From the human T2T-CHM13v2.0 reference genome, Homo sapiens, in NCBI RefSeq assembly GCF_009914755.1, contig NC_060948.1: a DNA stretch of 64,000 bases; one strand, 5' to 3'. How positions within the stretch are numbered: position 1 is the first letter of the stretch; every line of letters begins with the position of its first letter. Under the pieces are notes generated by a model. That model was given only the letters and a program-made list of their open reading frames with translations, ran no database searches and was not told the origin of the DNA. The translations under genes were made by a program, and so were the position numbers. Shown here one piece after another: positions 53,301-64,000 of this stretch.

Positions 53301-56300
53301 GAATCGATTGGAATGAAATCACATAGAATGGAGTGGAATCAAATGGAATTGAATCGAAAGGAAAGGAAGCGAATGGACTGAAATGAAATGGAATGGAATT
53401 GAATGGAAATTAATGCAATGGAATAGAATGGAACGAAATTTCACGGAATGGAATCAAACTGAATGGAATCAAATCAATGGAATCTAATCAAATGGAATGG
53501 AAAGGAATTGAATGGAGTAGATTGGATTGGATGGGATTGGAATGAAATGTACTGGAAAGGACTCGAATTTCATGAAACGGAATGGAATGAATTAGAACGG
53601 AATGGACTCGAATGGAATGGAATGTCATGGAATGGCATCAAATGGAATGGAATCGAATGCGATGGAATGCTATGGAATGGAATGGAATGCATTGGAATGG
53701 AATGTCCTCTAATGGAATGTATTCGAGTGGAATGGAATCGAATATAATGGAGTCTAATGAAATGGAATTGAAAGGAATGGGACCGAATACAATGGAATAT
53801 ACTGGAATGTAATGTAATGAACTCGAATGTAATTGACTGGAATGGAATGTACATGAATGGAATGTAATCGAATGGAAAGCAATCCAATGGAATAGAATCT
53901 AATGCAATAAAATCGACTCAAATAGAGTAGAATGTAATGGAATGGAGTGCAGTGCAATGGAATGGAATGGAATGGAATGGAATGGAATGGAATGGAATGG
54001 AATGGAATGAGATGGAATGGTATGGAATGGATAGTAATGGACTGGAGTGAAATGGACTGGAAAAGAATGGACTCAAATTGAAAGGGCTCGAAAGGAATGG
54101 AGTCAAATGGAATGGTCTGGAATGGAATGAACACGAATGTAATGCAATCCAATGGAATGGAATCGAATGGCATGGAATATAAAGAAATGGAATCGAAGAG
54201 AATGGAAACAAATGGAATGGAATTGAATGGAATGGAATTGAATGGAATGGGAACGAATGGAGTGAAATTGTATGCAGTAGAAGAGAATAGAATGGAATGC
54301 AAGCGAAAGGAAAGGAATGGATTGGAATGGAATGGAATTCATTGGAATGGAAGGGAATGTAGTGTAATGGACAGGTCTGGAATAAAGTGGAATGCTACGG
54401 TCTCGAATGGAATAAAAATGTATGGAATGGAATGCAATGAAACGGAATCGAATGTCATAGAATGTAATGGAATGCAAAAAAATGGACTCCAAAATCATTG
54501 ACTGGAAAGGCTGGGTGTCGAAAGGAATTGACTCCAATGGAATGGAAGTGAATAGAATGGAACTAAATCGAATGGAATGGAATTGATAGGAACGGAATGG
54601 AAAGGAATGCAATGATTTGGCATGGAATGGAATCGAATGGCATCGAATGGAATGGAATGGAATGCAATGGAATGGAATGTATTAGAATGTAATGAACTTT
54701 AATGGAATGTACTCGAATGGATTCGACTGGAATGGAATGTTCTCGAAGTGAATGGACTCCAATGGAATGGATTCGAAAGGAATGGAATCTAATGGAATGG
54801 AATTAAATGGAAATGAATCAAATTGAATAGAACGGAATTGAATTGAATGGAATCGAATGCAATGGAATCTAATGAAACGGAAAGGAAAGGAATGGAATGG
54901 ATTGGAATGGAATGGGCTGTAATGGAATGGAATCGAAACGAATGGAATGGAATCGAACTGAAGAGACTGGAATGGAATGCACTGGAATGGAAGGGAATGT
55001 AATGGAAGGTTCTCGAAAAAAATGGAATCGAAAGGAATGGAATTGAATGGAACGGAATAGAGTCGAATGGAATTCAATGGAATGGAATGGACTAGAGTGA
55101 AATGGAATCGAACCACAAGGAATGGACAGGAATAGAATGGTCTCGAATTGAATGGAATCGTATGGAATGGCATCAAACGGAATGGAATGGACAGCCACGG
55201 AATGGAATGGACACCCACGGAATGGAATGCACTCGAATGCAATGGAGTCGACACTAATGGACTGGAATAGAATGGACTCGACTGGTACGGACTCCAATGG
55301 AATGGAATCGAATGGAAGGGAATCGAACGGAATGGACTCGAAGGGAAAAGACTGCAATGGAAAGGTCTCCAATGGAATGGAAATTAATGGAATGGAATGG
55401 AATCGAATGAAATGGAGTCAAAAGGAATGGAATCGAATGGCAAGAAATCGAATGTAATGGAATCGCAAGGAATGGATGTGAACGGAACGGAATGGAATGG
55501 AATCCAAAGGAATGGAATAGAATGGAATGGAATCGAATGGAAAGGACTCGAATGGAAATCACTCGAATAGAATGCAATTTAATAAAATAGGATCAAATGT
55601 AATGGAATGGAATGGAAAGGAATCGAAACGAAAGGAATGGAGACAGATGGAATGGAATGGAACAGAGAGCAATGGTATAGAATGGAATGGAATCATCTGG
55701 AATGGAATTGAATGGAATGGAATAATATGAAATGGAATGGAATGGAATGGAATGCCCTTGAATTAAATGGACTGGAATGGAATGGACTCGAACAGAGTGG
55801 AATGGAAAGTGTTGAAATAGAATGGAATGGACTCGTTTGGAATGGTCTAGTATGCAATGCAATCGACTGGCAGGGAATCAAAAGGAATGTAATCGAATGG
55901 ATTGGACTGGAATGCAATGGACTCGAATAGATTGGAAACGGAAAGCAAAGGAATGGAATGGAATAGTATGGAATGGAATGGAAAGGAATGGAGTGGAATA
56001 GACTAGAGTGGAATGGAATGGACTGGAAAGCAATGGACTGGAATGGAACTTTCTTGAATGGACTGGAATCAAACGGAATGGAATGCAATGCAATCAAATG
56101 GCATGGAATAAAATAGAATGAAAGAGAATCAAATGGAATTGAATCGAATGGAATCGAATGGATTGGAAAGGAATAGAATGGAATGGAACGGAATTGACTC
56201 AAATGGAATGGACTAGAATGGAATGGATTCGAATGGAAGGCAAAGGAATGGAATCTATTGGAATGGACTGTAATGGAATGGAATGGAAGGGATTGGAATG

Positions 56301-56633
56301 GACTCGAATGGAATGGACTGCCATAGAAAGGATTCGAATGGAATGAAAAAGAATTGAATGGAATAGAACAGAATGGAATCAAATCGAATGAAATGGAATG
56401 GAATAGAAAGGAATGGAGTGAAATGGAATGGAAAGGATTCGAATGGAATGCAATCGAATGGAATGCAATCGAATGGAATGGAATCGAACGGAATGGAATA
56501 AAATGGAAGAAAACTGGCAAGAAATGGAATCGAAATGAACGGAGTGTTATGGAACGGACTCAAAAGGAATTGAATGTAATAGAATGGAGTGGAGTGGACT
56601 CGAATATAATGGACTGGAATGGAATGAAATCAC
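35366..56633 (+). repeat. Units 11-16, second subfamily 'D' (starts 35366, 38914, 42448, 46002, 49541, 53095; lengths 3548, 3534, 3554, 3539, 3554, 3539)
   Basis: All carry the 20-bp duplication ACAGCCACGGAATGGAATGG-ACACCCACGG followed by GTCGACACTAATGG. No ABC periodicity. Confidence 0.8.
53956..54005 (+). repeat. Perfect (AATGG)10 tract, the longest pure run noticed
   Basis: Counted directly. The internal AATGC interruption seen in most other units is absent. Confidence 0.8.
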
Positions 56634-59600
56634 ATGGAATGGGAACGAATGGAATGGAATGGAAAGGAATGGAATCGAATGGAAAGGAATCGAATGGAAG
56701 GGAATGAAATTGAATCAACAGGAATGGAAGGGAGTAGAATAGACGGTAATGGAATGGACTCGAATAGAATGGACACGAATGCTCAAATTGAATGGACTCG
56801 AATGGAATGGAAACGAAAGGAATGTCATCGAATGGAATTGAATCGATTGGAATGAAATCACATAGAATGGAGTGGAATCAAATGGAATTGAATCGAAAGG
56901 AAAGGAAGCGAATGGACTGAAATGAAATGGAATGGAATTGAATGGAAATTAATGCAATGGAATAGAATGGAACGAAATTTCACGGAATGGAATCAAACTG
57001 AATGGAATCAAATCAATGGAATATAATCAAATGGAATGGAAAGGAATTGAATGGAGTAGATTGGATTGGATGGGATTGGAATGAAATGTACTGGAAAGGA
57101 CTCGAATTTCATGAAACGGAATGGAATGAATTAGAACGGAATGGACTCGAATGGAATGGAATGTCATGGAATGGCATCAAATGGAATGGAATCGAATGCG
57201 ATGGAATGCTATGGAATGGAATGGAATGCATTGGAATGGAATGTCCTCTAATGGAATGTATTCGAGTGGAATGGAATCGAATATAATGGAGTCTAATGAA
57301 ATGGAATTGAAAGGAATGGGACCGAATACAATGGAATATACTGGAATGTAATGTAATGAACTCGAATGTAATTGACTGGAATGGAATGTACATGAATGGA
57401 ATGTAATCGAATGGAAAGCAATCCAATGGAATAGAATCTAATGCAATAAAATCGACTCAAATAGAGTAGAATGTAATGGAATGGAGTGCAGTGCAATGGA
57501 ATGGAATGGAATGGAATGCAATGGAATGGAATGGAATGGGATGGAATGGTATGGAATGGATAGTAATGGACTGGAGTGAAATGGACTGGAAAAGAATGGA
57601 CTCAAATTGAAAGGGCTCGAAAGGAATGGAGTCAAATGGAATGGTCTGGAATGGAATGAACACGAATGTAATGCAATCCAATAGAATGGAATCGAATGGC
57701 ATGGAATATAAAGAAATGGAATCGAAGAGAATGGAAACAAATGGAATGGAATTGAATGGAATGGAATTGAATGGAATGGGAACGAATGGAGTGAAATTGT
57801 ATGCAGTAGAAGAGAATAGAATGGAATGCAAGCGAAAGGAAAGGAATGGATTGGAATGGAATGGAATTCATTGGAATGGAAGGGAATGTAGTGTAATGGA
57901 CAGGCCTGGAATAAAGTGGAATGCTACGGTCTCGAATGGAATAAAAATGTATGGAATGGAATGCAATGAAACGGAATCGAATGTCATAGAATGTAATGGA
58001 ATGCAAAAAAATGGACTCCAAAATCATTGACTGGAAAGGCTGGGTGTCGAAAGGAATTGACTCCAATGGAATGGAATCGAATGGAATGGAAGTGAATAGA
58101 ATCGAACTAAATCGAATGGAATGGAATTGATAGGAACGGAATGGAAAGGAATGCAATGATTTGGCATGGAATGGAATCGAATGGCATCGAATGGAATGGA
58201 ATGGAATGCAATGGAATGGAATGTATTAGAATGTAATGAACTTTAATGGAATGTACTCGAATGGATTCGACTGGAATGGAATGTTCTTGAAGTGAATGGA
58301 CTCCAATGGAATGGATTCGAAAGGAATGGAATCTAATGGAATGGAATTAAATGGAAATGAATCAAATTGAATAGAACGGAATTGAATTGAATGGAATCGA
58401 ATGCAATGGAATGTAATGAAACGGAAAGGAAAGGAATGGAATGGAATGGAATGGGCTGGAATGGAAAGGAATCGAAACGAATGGAATGGAATCGAACTGA
58501 AGAGACTGGAATGGAATGCACTGGAATGGAAGGGAATGTAATGGAAGGTTCTCGAAAAAAATGGAATCGAAAGGAATGGAATTGAATGGAACGGAATAGA
58601 GTCGAATGGAATTCAATGGAATGGAATGGACTAGAGTGAAATGGAATCGAACCACAAGGAATGGACAGGAATAGAATGGTCTCGAATTGAATGGAATCGT
58701 ATGGAATGGCATCAAACGGAATGGAATGGACAGCCACGGAATGGAATGCACTCGAATGCAATGGAGTCGAAACTAATGGACTGGAATAGAATGGACTCGA
58801 CTGGTACGGACTCCAATGGAATGGAATCGAATGGAAGGGAATCGAACGGAATGGACTCGAAGGGAAAAGACTGCAATGGAAAGGTCTCGAATGGAATGGA
58901 AATTAATGGAATCGAATGGAATCGAATGAAATGGAGTCAAAAGGAATGGAATCGAATGGCAAGAAATCGAATGTAATGGAATCGCAAGGAATTGATGTGA
59001 ACGGAACGGAATGGAATGGAATCCAAAGGAATGGAATAGAATGGAATGGAATCGAATGGAAAGGACTCGAATGGCAATCACTCGAATAGATTGCAATTTA
59101 ATAAAATAGGATCAAATGTAATGGAATGGAATGGAAAGGAATCGAAACGAAAGGAATGGAGACAGATGGAATGGAATGGAACAGAGAGCAATGGTATAGA
59201 ATGGAATGGAATCATCTGGAATGGAATTGAATGGAATGGAATAATATGAAATGGAATGGAATGGAATGGAATGCCTTTGAATTAAATGGACTGGAATGGA
59301 ATGGACTCGAACAGAGTGGAATGGAAAGTGTTGAGATAGAATGGAATGGACTCCTTTGGAATGGTCTAGTATGCAATGCAATCGACTGGCAGGGAATCAA
59401 AAGGAATGTAATCGAATGGATTGGACTGGAATGCAATGGACTCGAATAGATTGGAAACGGGATGCAAAGGAATGGAATGGAATAGTATGGAATGGAATGG
59501 AAAGGAATGGAGTGGAATAGACTAGAGTGGAATGGAATGGACTGGAAAGCAATGGACTGGAATGGAACTTTCTTGAATGGACTGGAATCAAACGGAATGG

Positions 59601-60137
59601 AATGCAATGCAATCAAATGGCATGGAATAAAATAGAATGAAAGAGAATCAAATGGAATTGAATCGAATGGAATCGAATGGATTGGAAAGGAATAGAATGG
59701 AATGGAATGGAATGGACTCAAATGGAATGGACTAGAATGGAATGGATTCGAATGGAAGGCAAAGGAATGGAATCTATTGGAATGGACTGTAATGGAATGG
59801 AATGGAAGGGATTGGAATGGACTCGAATGGAATGGACTGCAATAGAAAGGATTCGAATGGAATGAAAAAGAATTGAATGGAATAGAACAGAATGGAATGA
59901 AATCGAATGAAATGGAATGGAATAGAAAGGAATGGAATGAAATGGAATGGAAAGGATTCGAATGGAATGCAATCGAATGGAATGGAATCGAACGGAATGG
60001 AATAAAATGGAAGAAAACTGGCAAGAAATGGAATCGAAATGAATGGAGTGTTATGGAACGGACTCAAAAGGAATTGAATGTAATAGAATGGAGTGGAGTG
60101 GACTCGAATATAATGGACTGGAATGGAATGAAATCAC
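56634..60137 (+). repeat. Unit 17 (3504 bp), D-like head with third-subfamily tail
   Basis: Lacks the 20-bp duplication. Tail alleles TTGAGATAG, CTCCTTTGG and GGCTGGAATGGAAAGG are shared with unit 18. Confidence 0.75.
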
Positions 60138-63100
60138 ATGGAATGGGAACGAATGGAATGGAATGGAAAGGAATGGAATCGAATGGAAAGGAATCGAATG
60201 GAAGGGAATGAAATTGAATCAACAGGAATGGAAGGGAATAGAATAGACGGTAATGGAATGGACTCGAATAGAATGGACACGAATGCTCAAATTGAATGGA
60301 CTCGAATGGAATGGAAACGAAAGGAATGTCGTCGAATGGAATTGAATCGATTGGAATGAAATCGCATAGAATGGAGTGGAATCAAATGGAATTGAATCGA
60401 AAGGAAAGGAAGCGAATGGTCTGAAATGAAATGGAATGGAATTGAATGGAAAGTAATGCAAGGGAATAGAATGGAACGAAATTTCACGGAATGGAATCAA
60501 ACTGAATGGAATCAAATCAATGGAATATAATCAAATGGCATGGAAAGGAATTGAATGGAGTAGATTGGATTGGATGGGATTGGAATGAAGTGTACTGGAA
60601 AGGACTCGAATTTCATGAAATGGAATGGAATGAACTGGAACGGAATGGACTCGAATGGAATGGAATGTCATGGAATGGCATCAAATGGAATGGCATCAAA
60701 TGGAATGGAATCGAATGCAATGGAATGCTATGGAATGGAATGGAATGCATTGGAATGGAATGTCCCCTAATGGAATGGATTCGAGTGGAATGGAATCGAA
60801 TATAATGGAGTCGAATGAAATGGAATTGAAAGGAAAGGGATCGAATACAATGGAATATACTGGAATGTAATGTAATGAACTCGAATGTAATTGACTAGAA
60901 TGGAATGTACATGAATGGAATGTAATCGAATGGAAAATAATCTCATGGAATAGAATCTAATGCAATAAAATCGACTCAAATAGAATAGAATGGAATGGAG
61001 TGGAGTGCAGTGCAATGGAATGGAATGGAATGGAATGCAATGGAATGGAATGGAATGGGATGGAATGGTATGGGATGGATAGAAATGGACTGGAGTGAAA
61101 TGGACTGGAAAGTAATGGACTCAAATTGAAAGAGCTCGAAAGAATGGAGTCAAATGGAATGTTCTGGAATGGAATGAACACGAATGTAATGCAATCCAAT
61201 AGAATGGAATCGAATGGCATGGAATATAAAGAAATGGAATCGAAGAGAATGGAAACGAATGGAATGGAATTGAATGGAATGGGAACGAATGGAGTGAAAT
61301 TGTATGCAGTAGAAGAGAATAGAATGGAATGCAAGCGAAAGGAAAGGAATGGATTGGAATGGAATGGAATTCATTGGAATGGAAGGGAATGTAGTGTAAT
61401 GGACAGGCCTGGAATAAAGTGGAATGCTACGGTCTCGAATGGAATAAAAATGTATGGAATGGAATGCAATGAAACGGAATCGAATGTCATAGAATGTAAT
61501 GGAATGCAAAAAAATGGAATCCAAAATCATTGACTGGAAAGGCTGGATGTCGAAAGGAATTGACTCCAATGGAATGGAATCGAATGGAATGGAAGTGAAT
61601 AGAATGGAACTAAATCGAATGGAATGGAATTGATAGGAACGGAATGGAAAGGAATGCAATGATTTGGCATGGAATGGAAACGAATGGTATCTAATGGAAT
61701 GGAATGGAATGTAATGGAATGGAATGTATTAGAATGTAATGAACTTTAATGGAATGTACTCGAATGGATTCGACTGGAATGGAATGTTCTGGAAGTGAAT
61801 GGACTCCAATGGAATGGATTGAAACGGAATGGAATCGTACGGAATGGAATCTAATGGAATGGAATTAAATGGAAATGAATCAAATTGAATAGAACGGAAT
61901 TGAATTGAATGGAATGGAATGCAATGGAATCTAATGAAACGGAAAGGAAAGGAATGGAATGGAATGGAATGGGCTGGAATGGAAAGGAATCGAAACGAAT
62001 GGAATGGAATCGAACTGAAGAGACTGGAATGGAATGCACTGGAATGGAAGGGAGTGTAATGGAAGGTTCTCGAAAAAAATGGAATCGAATGGAATGGAAT
62101 TGAATGGAACGGAATAGAGTCGAATGGAATTGAATGGAATGGAATGGACTAGAGTGAAATGGAATCGAACCACAAGGAATGGACAGGAATAGAATGGTCT
62201 CGAATTGAATGGAATCGTATGGAATGGCATCAAACGGAATGGAATGGACAGCCACGGAATGGAATGCACTCGAATGCAATGGAGTCGAAACTAATGGATG
62301 GAATAGAATGGACTTGACTGGTACGGACTCCAATGGAATGGAATCGAATGGAAGGGAATCGAACGGAATGGACTCGAAGGGAAAAGACTGCAATGGAAAG
62401 GTCTCCAATGGAATGGAAATTAATGGAATGGAATGGAATCGAATGAAATGGAGTCAAAAGGAATGGAATCGAATGGCAAGAAATCGAATGTAATGGAATC
62501 GCAAGGAATTGATGTGAACGGAACGGAATGGAATGGAATCCAAAGGAATGGAATAGAATGGAATGGAATCGAATGGAAAGGACACGAATGGAAATCACTC
62601 GAATAGAATGCAATTTAATAAAATAGGATCAAATGTAATGGAATGCAATGGAAAGGAATCGAAACGAAAGGAATGGAGACAGATGGAATGGAATGGAACA
62701 GAGAGCAATGGTATAGAATGGAATGGAATCATCTGGAATGGAATTGAATGGAATGGAATAATATGAAATGGAATGGAATGGAATGGAATGGAATGCCCTT
62801 GAATTAAATGGACTGGAATGGAATGGACTCGAACAGAGTGGAATGGAAAGTGTTGAGATAGAATGGAATGGACTCCTTTGGAATGGTCTAGTATGCAATG
62901 CAATCGACTGGCAGGGAATCAAAAGGAATGTAATGGAATGGATTGGACTGGAATGCAATGGACTCGAATAGATTGGAAACGGAATGCAAAGGAATGGAAT
63001 GGAATAGTATGGAATGGAATGGAAAGGAATGGAGTGGAATAGACTAGAGTGGAATGGAATGGACTGGAAAGCAATGGACTGGAATGGAACTTTCTTGAAT

Positions 63101-63659
63101 GGACTGGAATCAAACGGAATGGAATGCAATGCAATCAAATGGCATAGAATAAGATAGAATGAAAGAGAATCAAATGGAATTGAATGGAATGGAATCGAAT
63201 GGATTGGAAAGGAATAGAATGGAATGGAATGGAATTGACTCAAATGGAATGGACTAGAATGGAATGGATTCGAATGGAAGGCAAAGGAATGGAATCTATT
63301 GGAATGGACTGTAATGGAATGCAATGGAAGGGATTGGAATGGACTCGAATGGAATGGACTGCAATAGAAAGGATACGAATGGAATGAAAAAGAATTGAAT
63401 GGAATAGAACAGAATGGAAACAAATCGAATGAAATGGAATGGAATAGAAAGGAATGGAATGAAATGGAATGGAAAGGATTCGAATGGAATGCAAACGAAT
63501 GGAATGGAATCGAACGGAATGGAATAAAATGGAAGAAAACTGGCAAGAAATGGAATCGAAATGAATGGAGTGTTATGGAAGGGACTCAAAAGGAATTGAA
63601 TGTAATAGAATGGAGTGGAGTGGACTCGAATATAATGGACTTGAATGGAATGAAATCAC
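60138..63659 (+). repeat. Unit 18 (3522 bp), most diverged unit
   Basis: Many private substitutions, two 1-bp deletions and an extra 15-bp block at ~61821-61850. Confidence 0.8.
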
Positions 63660-64000
63660 ATGGAATGGGAACGAATGGAATGGAATGGAAAGGAATGGAA
63701 TCGAATGGAAAGGAATCGAATGGAAGGGAATGAAATTGAACCAACAGGAATGGAAGGGAATAGAATAGACGGTAATGGAATGGACTCGAATAGAATGGAC
63801 ACGAATGCTCAAATTGAATGGACTCGAATGGAATGGAAACGAAAGGAATGTCATCGAATGGAATTGAATCGATTGGAATGAAATCGCATAGAATGGAGTG
63901 GAATCAAATGGAATTGAATCGAAAGGAAAGGAAGCGAATGGACTGAAATGAAATGGAATGGAATTGAATGGAAAGTAATGCAATGGAATAGAATGGAACG
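63660..64000 (+). repeat. Partial unit 19
   Basis: Start of the next unit, truncated by the window end. Confidence 0.85.

Larger units (their letters stand above)
1..64000 (+). repeat. DYZ1: Human Satellite III (HSat3) array, DYZ1-type (Yq12 heterochromatin), ~3.5 kb tandem units, single orientation
   Basis: Degenerate (GGAAT)n throughout. Unique landmarks (GGACAGGCCTGGAATAAAGTGGA, AAAACTGGCAAG, GGCTGGGTGTCG) recur once per ~3.5 kb. There is one HaeIII/StuI site per unit. Both classic DYZ1 PCR primer sequences, as I recall them, are present in each unit. Confidence 0.95.

Noticed and set aside
171-63983. Hundreds of ORFs (MEWNGMEWN... on +; FHSIP... on -, up to 310 aa)
   Set aside because: They are translations of the stop-free pentamer. 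They are low complexity, overlap in all frames, and are freely broken by indels and stops between units. No recognisable protein domain.
1-64000. CRISPR-like or other repeat-spacer system
   Set aside because: There are no unique spacers or associated genes. All variant segments recur with the 3.5 kb unit.
1-64000. Alu/L1 insertion, DYZ2 block or strand inversion
   Set aside because: No non-satellite stretch and no switch to CATTC on the + strand was seen.
1-64000. Assignment as HSat2 or an autosomal HSat3 array
   Set aside because: Poly-GGAAT runs dominate without HSat2's short CATTCGAT-type periodic unit. The 3.5 kb period and diagnostic segment fit DYZ1.

Overview
The whole 64 kb window is one uninterrupted, single-orientation array of human Satellite III (GGAAT on the + strand, CATTC on the - strand). 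It is organised as head-to-tail ~3.5 kb units matching the Y-chromosome Yq12 DYZ1 repeat: 18 complete units of 3497-3554 bp plus two partial ends. I found no genes, mobile elements or inversions, and all listed ORFs are artefacts of the pentamer. The structure worth noting lies above and below the unit. From 1 to ~34 kb the units form a higher-order repeat (A-B-C trimer, ~10.57 kb), with one 14,079 bp tetramer created by a C/B recombinant unit. From ~34 to 58 kb the units are a different, mosaic subfamily marked by a 20-bp duplication, including a recent 3554-bp monomer duplication. From ~58.3 kb a more diverged third subfamily begins. Each unit also carries in-register nGAAnnTTCnnGAAn heat-shock elements (50 counted by eye) and usually one AP-1 consensus site. 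Unit comparisons were made by eye and from ORF-track offsets, not by computed alignment.
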